Below are positions 19,073-28,962 of a stretch of DNA of 64,000 nucleotides, piece after piece (position 1 is the first letter of the stretch; each line of letters opens with the position of its first letter). Source of the stretch: an uncultured delta proteobacterium (GTDB lineage: Bacteria; Myxococcota_A; Polyangia; Fen-1088). A program made the position numbers and the translations under genes. The notes under the pieces were generated by a model. It worked only from the letters and a program-made list of their open reading frames with translations. It did no database searches and was not told where the DNA came from. Location of the stretch: contig CAVYGB010000010.1 in NCBI GenBank assembly GCA_963767925.1, forward strand, positions 576,001 to 640,000. Reading direction: 5' to 3'.

Positions 19073-20323
19073 GTGCCGAGGTCGTTGCCCACCTTCTGCA
19101 CCCCGGCGCGCGCCGCCCTCCTCTTGCTCGCGCTGACCGGGCTGGCCTGCGACGACTCCGGCCTCGACGGGCCGCCGCCGCCCGCCCCCCCCTGCCCGCC
19201 CCTGCCCGCCATCGAGGGCTTCATCGCCCGCGCCGGCGGCCAGCTCGTCGACGGCCGCGGCCAGCCTTACCGGGCCCTCGGCGCCAACCTCTACTACCTG
19301 CAGCAGCTCTTCTCCTACGCCCTCCAGAGCGGCGACGAGCGCCTGGCCGCCCCCGCGCTGGCCGCCCTCGACGAGGCGGTCTGCCTCGGCATGCCGGTGG
19401 TTCGGATCAACGCCTTCAACGACTCCAGCGACACCGCCTCGATCCGGCGCCAGCCCGGCGTCTACCGGGAAGAGGGCCTGCGCGGCCTCGATCGCGCGGT
19501 CAGCGAGGCCCGCCGCCGGGGGCTGCGCCTCATCCTCGTGCTGGCCAACAACCACCCGGCCTACGGCGGGCTGCCGGCCTACGCCTCCTGGGCCGGCGGC
19601 GGCAAGGGGCCCGAGGACTTCTTCGCCGACCCGGTCATGCAGGGCTACTGGAAGGACTACGCCAGCCACTTGCTCGAGCGCCTCAACCCCGACACGGGCC
19701 TGCGCTACCGGGACGAGCCGGCGGTGCTGGCCTGGGAGATCGCCAACGAGCTGCGCTGCCCGAGCTGCCGGGGCACCACCCGCGGCGTCGACACGATCGC
19801 CGCCCTCGCCCGCCACCTGCGCGCAGCCGGGGCCCGCCAGCTCATCGCCGACGGCGGCGAGGGGTTCGACGACGCCTACGAGCAATACCTCGGCATCAGC
19901 AACCGCTACGCCGTGCGGGGCGACGAGGGGATGAGCTTCTCGAGCCTGGCCCACCTGCCCGAGCTGGACATGCTGAGCTACCACCTCTACCCCGCCCCCT
20001 GGGGGCTGAACGCCGCCCTCGACTCGGCGATCTGGATCGCCCGCCACCAGGCCATCGCCCGCGACGGCGGCAAGGTGGCCTACCTCGGCGAGTTCGGCCA
20101 CCGCCGCCCCGCCGATCGCGACCGGGGGCGGGCCGCCATCTACGACCGCTGGCTGGGGCAGCTCTTCCGCGACCTCGACGGCAGCCTGGGGCTGCTCTGG
20201 CAGATCATCCCAGCCGCGCGCCGCCCCGCCCACGACGACGGGTACGGCGTGGTCCCCGAGACCGACCGGGACACCGCCGCCACCCTGTACCACTGGTCGC
20301 GCGCGGTGGCCCCCCTGCCCTGA
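19073..20323 (+). CDS. GH5 glycoside hydrolase (beta-mannanase-like) lipoprotein
   Basis: Lipobox TGLA-C; GANLY, WEIANE acid/base, SYHLY, YLGEFG nucleophile. Confidence 0.85.
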   Translation: MPRSLPTFCTPARAALLLLALTGLACDDSGLDGPPPPAPPCPPLPAIEGFIARAGGQLVDGRGQPYRALGANLYYLQQLFSYALQSGDERLAAPALAALDEAVCLGMPVVRINAFNDSSDTASIRRQPGVYREEGLRGLDRAVSEARRRGLRLILVLANNHPAYGGLPAYASWAGGGKGPEDFFADPVMQGYWKDYASHLLERLNPDTGLRYRDEPAVLAWEIANELRCPSCRGTTRGVDTIAALARHLRAAGARQLIADGGEGFDDAYEQYLGISNRYAVRGDEGMSFSSLAHLPELDMLSYHLYPAPWGLNAALDSAIWIARHQAIARDGGKVAYLGEFGHRRPADRDRGRAAIYDRWLGQLFRDLDGSLGLLWQIIPAARRPAHDDGYGVVPETDRDTAATLYHWSRAVAPLP

Positions 20324-20330
20324 GCGCTTG

Positions 20331-21179
20331 CTACAGGTTCGCTTCCTTGAAAGTGTCGCAGGCCTCGACCGAGCCGCGATCGAAGCCGCGCTGGAACCAC
20401 TCCACCCGCTGGGCCGAGGTGCCGTGGGTGAAGCTCTCGGGCACCACCCGCCCCTGGGCTCGCTTCTGCAGGGTATCGTCGCCGATCGCCTCGGCGGCCT
20501 TCAGCCCCTCCTCGATGTCGCCGGGGTCGAGGCGGTTGCCGGCCGCGAGCCCGTGTTTGGCCCAGATGCCGGCGTAGCAGTCGGCCTGCAGCTCCTGCAT
20601 CACCGAGAGGCGGTTGCCCTGCGCCTGCGACACCCGCTGCCGCTGCTCGTGGACCTTCTCGGACACGCCGGTCAAGGTCTGCACGTGGTGCCCCACCTCG
20701 TGCGCCAGCACGTAGGCCTGGGCGAAGTCGCCCGGGGCGCCGAAGCGCCGGTCCAGCTCCTGGAAGAAGGTCAGATCGAGGTAGACCTTGCGATCGAGCG
20801 GGCAGTAGAAGGGCCCCACCGCGCTGCCCGCCATGCCGCAGGCCGAATCGACCGCGTCGGTGAACAGGTACAGGGTCGGCTCCTGGTACTGCCGGCCGTT
20901 CTTCTGGAAGATCGCCGACCAGGTCTGCTCGGTCGAGGTCAGCGCCTTCTTGATGTTGCGGGCCAGGGGCTCCTGCGCCGGATCGATCGCCACCTGCTCC
21001 TCTTGCACCCCCTGGCCGCCCCCCTGCAGCACCTGCTGCACGACCTCCTGGGGCGCCCCCAGCAGCGCCAGCACCAGGGCGACGACCGCGGCGCCGCCAC
21101 CGATCGCGCCGCCCCGGCGCAGCCGGACCCCCCGGCGATCCTCAACATTCGTGCTCTCCCGGATATCGTCGAGTCTCAT
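20331..21179 (-). CDS. ypfJ: Neutral zinc metallopeptidase (YpfJ-like)
   Basis: STNVEDRRG, GPFYCP, AHEVGHHVQ, ELQADCYAG, ESFTHG. Confidence 0.9.
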   Translation of the reverse strand: MRLDDIRESTNVEDRRGVRLRRGGAIGGGAAVVALVLALLGAPQEVVQQVLQGGGQGVQEEQVAIDPAQEPLARNIKKALTSTEQTWSAIFQKNGRQYQEPTLYLFTDAVDSACGMAGSAVGPFYCPLDRKVYLDLTFFQELDRRFGAPGDFAQAYVLAHEVGHHVQTLTGVSEKVHEQRQRVSQAQGNRLSVMQELQADCYAGIWAKHGLAAGNRLDPGDIEEGLKAAEAIGDDTLQKRAQGRVVPESFTHGTSAQRVEWFQRGFDRGSVEACDTFKEANL

Positions 21180-21273
21180 ACGGTGGTGGCCTCCACCGAG
21201 ACCATAAGTCCGCGCGCCGCTGCGTTCCAGGGCTAACCCCAGCCGCACCCCGGCACCGGGGGCCGGGCCCGTC

Positions 21274-22113
21274 TCAGCGTTTCGACAGCCGGGCGTCGCC
21301 GGAGAAGGTGCGGCAGTCGATCGACCCCTCACCCTTGCCGTAGCGGGCCTCGACGTCGGAGCCCCGCCGGCGGTCGGCCGCGCGGATGGTCTGGAGACCC
21401 AGCCCGTCCTGCAGCTCGCCCGAGTGGGACTGCTGGGTGAGGCGGAACGAGCTGCGCGCATCCAGCGCCAGGACCACGTCGCCCGACACGCTTGCCGCCG
21501 TGAGCCGGCAGCCGGCGCCGCAGGTCCCCGACCAGTGCAGGTCGCCCGAGGTGCTCTCGAGGTCGACCGTGATGGCGCTGCCCGCGCGCAGCTCGCGCAC
21601 GTCGACGTCGCCGGAGACCGTCTTGGCCCGCGTGACGCCCGCCCCCTCGACCCGCAGGTCGCCCGACACCGTGTGCAGGGCGGCCCCCACCGCGCCGGTG
21701 ACCGAGATGTCGCCCGACAGCGTCCGCACGCGGGCCTCGCCGCCCAGGTCCCGCATCCGCACGTCGCCCGACTGGGTGCGGACGTCGAGGATGCTGCCCG
21801 CCGGCACCCGCAGCCGGACCCCCCCGCTGGCGAAGCTGCCCCTCCCCTCGAAGGTCACCTCGAGGGTGTTCTTGTCCCGGGGGACCAGCTTCACGCTGCC
21901 TTCTTCGGCCTCCTCCGCCTCGACCACCACCTTCTGCTCGCGGTGGCCGACCACCTCCACGTCGCCCGAGCTGGTCTCGACCCGGATGGTCACCCCCTTC
22001 GGGGCCGGGGCGCTGGTCCCGCTCTGGGCAGCGGCCCGCCCGGGCAGCCCGCCCACCAGGGCCAGCGCCAGGACCGGCCCCAGGAACCAACGGGCTGCGC
22101 GCTGGCCGCTCAT
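21274..22113 (-). CDS. DUF4097/adhesin-like beta-strand repeat exported protein
   Basis: Signal peptide; repeated TxSGD[VIL] motifs. Confidence 0.85.
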   Translation of the reverse strand: MSGQRAARWFLGPVLALALVGGLPGRAAAQSGTSAPAPKGVTIRVETSSGDVEVVGHREQKVVVEAEEAEEGSVKLVPRDKNTLEVTFEGRGSFASGGVRLRVPAGSILDVRTQSGDVRMRDLGGEARVRTLSGDISVTGAVGAALHTVSGDLRVEGAGVTRAKTVSGDVDVRELRAGSAITVDLESTSGDLHWSGTCGAGCRLTAASVSGDVVLALDARSSFRLTQQSHSGELQDGLGLQTIRAADRRRGSDVEARYGKGEGSIDCRTFSGDARLSKR

Positions 22114-22814
22114 GGTCGCCCGTCCTCGAGCGCCAGCACCGCCGCCTGCAACGACTTGAAGTAGTCGGCGTAGCCGTCGAGCGCGCGCAGGCGGGCGTCG
22201 GGATCGTCCGCGTCCCGGGTGACATCCGCCCGGGCCAGCATCAACTCCCGGCGGGCCGAGCCGAACCGCTGGTCGAGCGTCCGCGACTCGGCCTCCGGCA
22301 GGCGGCCCTGCGATCGCTGAAGGTCCCCCTCCAGCTCGGCGACCGCCTGCTCGTATTCGGCCAGGGCGGCGTCGAGCACGGTGAGGACGCCACCGACCTC
22401 TCCCTCGCGCGCGGGCGGGGACTGCATCGGACGGGTGATCGGCGGCGGCGCCGACACGAACCCCGGCTCGGGACCGGCCGGGCCGTGGAAATACAGCAGC
22501 AACGCCGCCGCCAGGGCGGCCGCGCCGGTGAGCACCGGGAAGGCCAGGCGGGCCAGGAAGGGCCCCCGCCCCGGCCGGCGGGCCGGCGCCGCCCGGGTGA
22601 TGCGCCCCTCGATCGCCCGCCACAGGTCCGGCGGCAAGCTGGGCTCGGCGCTCCGTCGCTCGGCCATCAGCCGCCGCTCGGTGCGCAGCCAGTCGAGCTC
22701 CCCCAGGCAAGCCGCGCAGGTCCGCAGGTGGGCCTGCACCGCCAGCGCGCGCTCGGGCGGCAGCGCATCGGCCAGCAGCGCTTCCAGCGCGTCGACATCA
22801 CAGGGAGCGGTCAT
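22110..22814 (-). CDS. Zinc-finger (zf-HC2) transmembrane anti-sigma factor
   Basis: HLRTCAAC, one TM helix; 4-nt overlaps with both neighbours. Confidence 0.85.
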   Translation of the reverse strand: MTAPCDVDALEALLADALPPERALAVQAHLRTCAACLGELDWLRTERRLMAERRSAEPSLPPDLWRAIEGRITRAAPARRPGRGPFLARLAFPVLTGAAALAAALLLYFHGPAGPEPGFVSAPPPITRPMQSPPAREGEVGGVLTVLDAALAEYEQAVAELEGDLQRSQGRLPEAESRTLDQRFGSARRELMLARADVTRDADDPDARLRALDGYADYFKSLQAAVLALEDGRP

Positions 22815-23431
22815 GAAGTCCCTTCCAGGTAAGCAGCCAGCAGGCTGCGCAGCTCCAGCCGCGCACGGTGTACTTCGTTCTTCACCTTCACCAGCGACCA
22901 GCCCAGCGCGCCGCCGATCTCCTCGTACCCGAGATCGTGATCGATGCGCAAAAGCAGGGCCGCCCGCCGGTCCTCGCCGAGCGCCGACAGGGCCTGGTTG
23001 AGCGCCTCTGCGCTCTCCGCGCCGATCAGCCGCGCCTCGGGCGAGGGCGCCGGATCGCGCGGCTCGCTGGCCTCGGCCAGGGGCGCGCCCGGCCGGCGGC
23101 GCTGCCGGAGCTGCTCCATGGCCACGTTGCGCGCGATGCCAAACAGCCAGCCGCCCAGCCGCTCGTCCTCGCGCAGGCGCCCGATCAACCGGTGGGCGCG
23201 CACGAAGGTCTCCTGCGTCGCCTCGTCGGCGGCCGACGGCTCGCGCAGCAGGTCGCGCAGGAATCGGCGGACCCCCCGGGCGTACCGGTCGAAGACCAGC
23301 CGGAAGGCCAGCGGATCGCCGGCCCGGACCCGAGCCACCAGGGCCGGTTCGAGCGCCCGCGGGCCCGGGGCCGCCTCGCCGGCGGGGCCGAGGGTGGAGC
23401 TACGCAGCGCGCCCGCGGCAGTCATGAACAC
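22811..23431 (-). CDS. ECF RNA polymerase sigma factor
   Basis: ADEATQETFVRA, WLFGIARN, region 4 GYEEIG...VKNEVHRAR (alternative start ATG 23425). Confidence 0.9.
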   Translation of the reverse strand: MFMTAAGALRSSTLGPAGEAAPGPRALEPALVARVRAGDPLAFRLVFDRYARGVRRFLRDLLREPSAADEATQETFVRAHRLIGRLREDERLGGWLFGIARNVAMEQLRQRRRPGAPLAEASEPRDPAPSPEARLIGAESAEALNQALSALGEDRRAALLLRIDHDLGYEEIGGALGWSLVKVKNEVHRARLELRSLLAAYLEGTS

Positions 23432-23627
23432 CAGCTCCCCATGTCTACCAGCGGTGACCGCCGGGCCGCGCCGGTTTCAGGCCCGGCGGCGGTTTTCGTC
23501 CCGGCCGGCGTCTTTCTGCCCCGACGGGGCTTCGCGGCGACAAAACCGGGGACCTCCTTATGCCGACCCCCTCGGTCAGAAGCCCACACTACAGACATCG
23601 CGAGGGTTGGCTCGGCAGGAGGTCGAT

Positions 23628-24056
23628 ATGCGGTGTGATGAGCTGATGACGGCAGAGATCGGGGTGGTCAAGCCGGGGGACAGCGTCCAGTCGGTCGCGC
23701 AGATCATGCGTGAGCTGAACGTCGGCTTCGTTCCGGTCTGCCAGGGGGACCGGACGGTGGTGGGCGTGATCACCGATCGGGACATCGCGATCCGCGTGAT
23801 CGCCGAGGGGCGGCCCGGGGACACACGCGTGGAGGACGTGATGACCGACGAGGTCGTCTCCTGCCACCCCAGCGCCGACATCAAGGAGGTCGAGCGCCTG
23901 ATGCGCGCCCACCAGGTCAACCGGGTCGTGGTGATCGACGACGACGCCAGCCTGGCCGGGGTGGTCAGCCTCTCCGACCTCGCCCAGATCGAAGACGCGC
24001 GGAAGGTGGGTCAGATGTTCGGCGACATCAGCGGCCGCGAGGTCATCAGCCACTGA
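23628..24056 (+). CDS. CBS-domain pair protein
   Basis: VGVITDRDI, GVVSLSDL; AGGAGG SD. Confidence 0.9.
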   Translation: MRCDELMTAEIGVVKPGDSVQSVAQIMRELNVGFVPVCQGDRTVVGVITDRDIAIRVIAEGRPGDTRVEDVMTDEVVSCHPSADIKEVERLMRAHQVNRVVVIDDDASLAGVVSLSDLAQIEDARKVGQMFGDISGREVISH

Positions 24057-24128
24057 CACGCCGCCCTCGAGCGCCGGGCCGCGCACGGCGCTTCTCCTGG
24101 AACCGGCCGTGACTCTATAGTTACGGCA

Positions 24129-27113
24129 GTGTCACCGAACCGTGGCTCCTCAGGGTGTGACGTTCGGAAACCTGGCCGCGGCGCGATCGCCGCGCTCCTG
24201 CTGGCCCTCGGCTGCGGGGGCGCGGGCGCGCGGCCCCCGGTCGATCCGGGCAGCCCACCGGGCGAGCCCGACGCGGCGGTCGTCCCGGAGGCCGACGCCC
24301 CCGCCGTCGACGCGGCCGCCGCCGACATCCCGCCGCCGGACGCCGAGGCCGACCGGCCGCCCGACCAGGGTCCCGACAGCCTGCTGCCCGCCCAGGCCAT
24401 CTACCTGTCCGAGGTGATGTACCACCCCGTCCTCGAGGACGACGCCGTCGATCGGCACGAGTTCATCGAGCTCGGCAACCGGGGCGAGGCCGCGGTCGAC
24501 CTGGCGGGCTGGAAGCTCACCGGCGACATCGACTTCACCTTCCCTGCCGGCGCCACGATCCCCGGCCGCGGCTTCGCGGTGGTGGCCCGCGACCGCAGCG
24601 CGCTCGCCGCCGTGACCGCCTACGGCCTCACCGCCGCGAGCCTGCTCGGCGACTACGCGCGCGAGCTCGACAACGGTGGGGGGGAGGTCATCCTGCTCGA
24701 TCCGCGCGGGGCCGCGGTCGACCGCGTGCGGTGGGACGACGGGTTCCCCTGGCCGCTGGCCGCCGACGGGATGGGCGCCGGCGCCGCCTGGCTGCCCGCG
24801 GCCTGGCTGCCCCTCGAGCAGCATCGCCACCGCGGCGTGTCCCTCGAGCGGATCGCCCCCGAGCTGCCCGGCCTGGAGGTGGCGAGCTGGGCCCCCTCGC
24901 CGCTGCCGCCCGCCGGCCCGGGCCCCAGCCCCGGCCGGGCCAACCGGGCCAGCGGTCCGCCCCCCGCCATCGTCGAGGCGCTCACCGCCGCCCCCCTGTC
25001 CGGGGAGCGGCTTGTGCGCGCCGGCGACGAGGTGGCCATCCGTGTCCGGCTGTCGCCCGGCGCCGCCGCCGACCCCCAGGTCGAATATTTCGTCGACGAC
25101 CTGGAGCGCAGCGACGAGGCGCGCACGGTGGTGGCGGCCACCGGCAGCGGCCGCGATTTGGAGGCCCGCCTGCCCCGCCTGCCGGACAACAGCATCGTCC
25201 GCTACCGCGTGCTGGCCGATCGGGGCGCCGGCCGGGCCGAGGTGCTCTCGCCCCGAGCCGAAGATCCCCTCACCTGGCACGCCTACTTCGTCAGCCCGGT
25301 CATCTCCTCTGTCGATCCGCCCTACCAGCTCTTCATCAAATCGACCGACTGGGGACAGCTCTGGACCAACATCGACCACCCCGGGCCCAACGAGCGGCGG
25401 GTGGTGGCCGAGACGGTGGGCGGCCAGACCGTCCGCTGCCGCATCCGCCCGAGCTGGGACAGCCGGGTGCCGGCCGTCTTCGTCAGCGACGGGCAGGTCC
25501 ACGACGTGCGCGTGCGCTACCAGGGCAGCCGCTGGAAGCGCACCGACGGCCGCCCCATCGACCTGACCCGCACCTCGATCGCGCCGTTGCCGGCGCCGAT
25601 GATGGGCCGGCCCCAGCCCGACGGCAGCCTGGCCCCCTCCCTGTCGGCGCTGAGCTGGAACATCGACTTCCCCCGCTACCAGCGCTTCGAGGGCGAGCGC
25701 GACACGATCATCATCAACAAGCTCGCCGACGCCTGCCCCGGGCTCTCGGCCACCGTTGGCGAGCTGCTCTACCGGGCCGCCGGCCTGATCGCCGGCCCCA
25801 CCCGCTACCGCCGCCTCTACCTCAACGGCGGCTACTACGCGTATACCCTCGACATCGAGTCGCCCTCCGAGGGGTTGCTCGAGCGGCAGCTCCCGGAGGG
25901 GGAGTCGCCCGGTGATCTGTTCAAGGTGTCCGGCAACCAGGGGGTCGAGGAAGGCCCCTGGGGCCGCGGCTCGCTCGAGCCCTTGCCTCCGAGCTGCGGG
26001 TCGACTCCGCCCGGCTACGACGCGCTCGCTCGCTACGCGCACACCTACGAGCGCAAGACCCGGCAGTGGAAAGACGCCCGCGACATCAAGGCGCTGATTG
26101 ACGGCCTCGACGCCGCCCGCCGGGCCGGGCGCTTCGAGGACAGCGACCCCGGCAACGACAATCCGGGGCCCGTGCGCGCATTCCTTGCGCAGACCTTCGA
26201 CGTGCCCGCGGTGCTGACCTACCTGGCCGTGCGCAACTGGGCCCTGCCCTGGGACGACTTCTTCCACAACTACTACCTCTACCGGGACGCCCGGGGGGCC
26301 TGGTCGATCCTGCCGTGGGACCTCGACTTCGAGTTCGGGGAGTTCTACGGAGGCAACGTGCAGCGCTCGTTCTACGTCGGCGAGCAAGGGGACCCTGACG
26401 GCCTCGACGGCCGCGAGTGGAACCCGCTCAAGGACACCTTCCTGCGCGCGTACCGCTCGGAGCTGATCGCCCGCCTTCGCGCGCTCGACGCGGAGGGCCC
26501 CCTGGCACCCGCGCGCTGGCGGCCGATGGTGGAGACCGCGGCCACACGCTTCGATCCGGGAGAGGCGACAGCGTCCCCGGTCGCAGGTCAATGCGATTTC
26601 GGTGCCGAAAAGTTGCGGCTGCTGGCCTTCGCCGAGAAGCGGCGTGAAGCGCTGTCCGAGCTGGTCCTTTGCTCGACCCGGCCATGTGGGTTGAAGGGGG
26701 AGTACTTCCGCTCGCCGACCCTGGCCCCCGCCTCGCTCGCCTTCACCCGGACCGACCAGGTCGTCGACTTCGACTGGCACCGGGCCGGTCCGGCGTCCGA
26801 CGTCCCCGGCGACGGCTTCTCCGTGCGCTGGACCGGCACGATCACCCCGCCCGCGACCGGCATCTACACCTTCACCACGCGATCGGACGACGGCGTGCGT
26901 TTATGGCTTGGAACCGCTTTGTTAATCGACAACTGGACCGTCCACCCGACGGTCGACGACAGCGCGACCGTGCCGCTTCTGCAAGGCATCCCCTATCAGA
27001 TCCGGCTCGAGTACTACGAGGAAGCCTTCGACGCCGCCATCAAGCTGTCCTGGTTCGGACCAGGCGTTTCCTTGCAGCGCGTGCGCGCGGCCCACCTGCA
27101 ACCCGCCCCCTGA
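24129..27113 (+). CDS. Lipoprotein with lamin-tail domain, CotH kinase domain and C-terminal PA14 domain
   Basis: LALG-C lipobox; LSEVMYHP...EFIELGN (LTD); DDFFHNYYLY...ILPWDLD (CotH); GLKGEYF...DGFSVRWTG...SDDGVRL (PA14). Confidence 0.85.
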   Translation: MSPNRGSSGCDVRKPGRGAIAALLLALGCGGAGARPPVDPGSPPGEPDAAVVPEADAPAVDAAAADIPPPDAEADRPPDQGPDSLLPAQAIYLSEVMYHPVLEDDAVDRHEFIELGNRGEAAVDLAGWKLTGDIDFTFPAGATIPGRGFAVVARDRSALAAVTAYGLTAASLLGDYARELDNGGGEVILLDPRGAAVDRVRWDDGFPWPLAADGMGAGAAWLPAAWLPLEQHRHRGVSLERIAPELPGLEVASWAPSPLPPAGPGPSPGRANRASGPPPAIVEALTAAPLSGERLVRAGDEVAIRVRLSPGAAADPQVEYFVDDLERSDEARTVVAATGSGRDLEARLPRLPDNSIVRYRVLADRGAGRAEVLSPRAEDPLTWHAYFVSPVISSVDPPYQLFIKSTDWGQLWTNIDHPGPNERRVVAETVGGQTVRCRIRPSWDSRVPAVFVSDGQVHDVRVRYQGSRWKRTDGRPIDLTRTSIAPLPAPMMGRPQPDGSLAPSLSALSWNIDFPRYQRFEGERDTIIINKLADACPGLSATVGELLYRAAGLIAGPTRYRRLYLNGGYYAYTLDIESPSEGLLERQLPEGESPGDLFKVSGNQGVEEGPWGRGSLEPLPPSCGSTPPGYDALARYAHTYERKTRQWKDARDIKALIDGLDAARRAGRFEDSDPGNDNPGPVRAFLAQTFDVPAVLTYLAVRNWALPWDDFFHNYYLYRDARGAWSILPWDLDFEFGEFYGGNVQRSFYVGEQGDPDGLDGREWNPLKDTFLRAYRSELIARLRALDAEGPLAPARWRPMVETAATRFDPGEATASPVAGQCDFGAEKLRLLAFAEKRREALSELVLCSTRPCGLKGEYFRSPTLAPASLAFTRTDQVVDFDWHRAGPASDVPGDGFSVRWTGTITPPATGIYTFTTRSDDGVRLWLGTALLIDNWTVHPTVDDSATVPLLQGIPYQIRLEYYEEAFDAAIKLSWFGPGVSLQRVRAAHLQPAP

Positions 27114-27147
27114 GCCAACACGATTTGAACTTCACAATCCCGAACAT

Positions 27148-27163
27148 GGGCACGCGGGTTGCA
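27148..27163 (+). promoter_or_regulatory. sigma54 -24/-12 promoter
   Basis: GGGCACGCGGGTTGCA, a near-consensus GGCACG-N4-TTGCA in an AT-richer intergenic region. Confidence 0.7.
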
Positions 27164-27307
27164 AAAGCCGAATCGCTGCTTCGGCTTACGTGCTCGGAGC
27201 GCTCATCCTTCATCTTCGTTTTCAGAAACCAAAAGCAGACGACATCCACCCACCCCCCTTACGCTTTCTATTGCCATGCGCCGTGAAAATTGTAAGGCTC
27301 TCCCTCC

Positions 27308-27982
27308 ATGGCAAGTCACAACACGAGAAGTTCCGTGCGCGGTGGGTTGGTCGTGTGCGCCCTCGCGGTGGCAGTAGCCGCAGGATGTCCCGGCCAGCTC
27401 GACTCCTCTCTCGCTCCCGGAGCGGGCGGGCCTCCTGCCTATGTTCCTCCAGCCAGTGTCGCTCCACTTCCTCCCAGCCCTGCCCCCACGCCAGCTCCGC
27501 CTCCGGCGGCCGCACCTCCGGCCGTTGCTCCGCCCGCGGCCGCTCCGCCCGCCGCGGCTCCTCCGGCTGCCCTGCCGCCCGCGGCCGCTGCCCCTCCCGC
27601 CGCGGCTCCTCCGGCCGCCATGCCGCCCGCCGCTGCAGCGCCTCCCGCTGCCGCCGCTTGCCCGAATCCCCAAGAGGCCTTCGAGAAGATCCTCAAGCCC
27701 CAGTGCGGGATGCTCTGCCACAACCCGAACAACCCCGCACTTTATGCGGCGAACCTCGACCTCTTCAACCCCGGCGCGAAGGGCCGGCTCGTGAACGCGG
27801 GCTCCAAGATCTGCGTCGGCCGCATCCTGGTCCAGGATGGACCCCAGGGTGTCGGGGGATACCTGTTCGACAAGATGGCCGGTCCCACCCCGGGCTGCGG
27901 CGACCGGATGCCCCCGTTCGGCACCGGCATGTCGGCCGCCGATATCAAGTGCCTCAAGGATTGGATCCGTCCCACGCCCTGA
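27308..27982 (+). CDS. Pro/Ala-linker lipoprotein with putative c-type cytochrome domain (CX3CH)
   Basis: VAAG-C lipobox; PPAAA repeats; CGMLCH and distal RMPP...WI. Confidence 0.7.
   Translation: MASHNTRSSVRGGLVVCALAVAVAAGCPGQLDSSLAPGAGGPPAYVPPASVAPLPPSPAPTPAPPPAAAPPAVAPPAAAPPAAAPPAALPPAAAAPPAAAPPAAMPPAAAAPPAAAACPNPQEAFEKILKPQCGMLCHNPNNPALYAANLDLFNPGAKGRLVNAGSKICVGRILVQDGPQGVGGYLFDKMAGPTPGCGDRMPPFGTGMSAADIKCLKDWIRPTP
27495..27657 (+). repeat. Degenerate 15-18 nt coding tandem repeat (PPAAA/PPAAAA)
   Basis: Repeated cct/ccg-ccg-gcc-gcg-gct units. Confidence 0.7.
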
Positions 27983-28206
27983 CAGCAACGGACGAGAGCG
28001 CGCTTCTTTCGTCCCGGGCCGCGAATCAGGAGGACTCTCCTGGTTCGCGGGATTCGGGAAGGGAGCAGCCGAGCGGCGAAGGCCGGCGAGTGAGTGTACG
28101 CAAGCTACTTTTTTTCCGATCCTCCGCCGTTCGGCTGCTCTCTATCAGCCCGAATCTTCGCTGACCGCGCTCCGGTCCGCCAGAATCCGGGCCTGTTCGT
28201 CGCCCC

Positions 28207-28962
28207 TCACGCTTGCCAGAAGCGGTAGCGCTTCGCCTTCAGCCAGTCCTGGTGCAGGTGTGTGATGGCCCGCAGGTCGATGCCCTTGGGGCACGCGGCC
28301 TGGCACTCGCCGTGAAGCGTGCAGGCGCCGAGCGGCTCGCGATCCATGGCGGCGACCATCGCGCTGGCGCGGCGGGCGCGCTCGGGCTGGCCCTGCGGGA
28401 GCTGGGCGAGGTGGGCGAGCTTGGCCCCGGTGAAGAGCGCGGCCGAGCTGTTGGGGCAAGCCGCCACGCAGGCCCCGCAGCCGATGCAGGCCGCGCTGTC
28501 GAGGGCGCGCTCGGCCGCCTCCTTGGCGATCGGTAGGGCATTGGCCTCGGGGGCGCTGCCGGCGCGCACCGAGATGTAGCCGCCGGCCTGGACGATCCGA
28601 TCGAGGGCGCGGCGATCGACGACGAGGTCGCGCACCAGCGGAAAGGCGGGGCTGCGGAACGGCTCGAGTGTGATGGTGGCCCCATCGGGAAAGTCACGCA
28701 GGGCCACCTGACAGGTGGTTGTCAGGCGGCGCCCGCCGTGGGCGAAGCCGTCGACAAGCAGGCCGCAGGCACCACAGATCCCTTCGCGGCAGTCGCTCTC
28801 GCAGGCGATCGGCGCCTCGCCGGCGGCGACGAGCCGCTCGTTGAGCACGTCGAGCGCCTCGAGCAGGGTCAGGGTCGGGGCCAGCCCCGCCAGGTGATGA
28901 TCGACGAAGCGGCCCGGGGCCTGGGGGCCGTGCTGGTGCCAGACGCGCAGGGTGAGTTTCAT
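28207..28962 (-). CDS. sdhB: Succinate dehydrogenase/fumarate reductase iron-sulfur subunit
   Basis: [11 protein letters not shown]...[29 protein letters not shown]. Confidence 0.92.
   Translation of the reverse strand: MKLTLRVWHQHGPQAPGRFVDHHLAGLAPTLTLLEALDVLNERLVAAGEAPIACESDCREGICGACGLLVDGFAHGGRRLTTTCQVALRDFPDGATITLEPFRSPAFPLVRDLVVDRRALDRIVQAGGYISVRAGSAPEANALPIAKEAAERALDSAACIGCGACVAACPNSSAALFTGAKLAHLAQLPQGQPERARRASAMVAAMDREPLGACTLHGECQAACPKGIDLRAITHLHQDWLKAKRYRFWQA

Noticed and set aside
23432..23500. Autoregulatory ECF promoter (TGAAACC on the minus strand)
   Set aside because: The -35-like element is present but there is no convincing -10 at the right spacing
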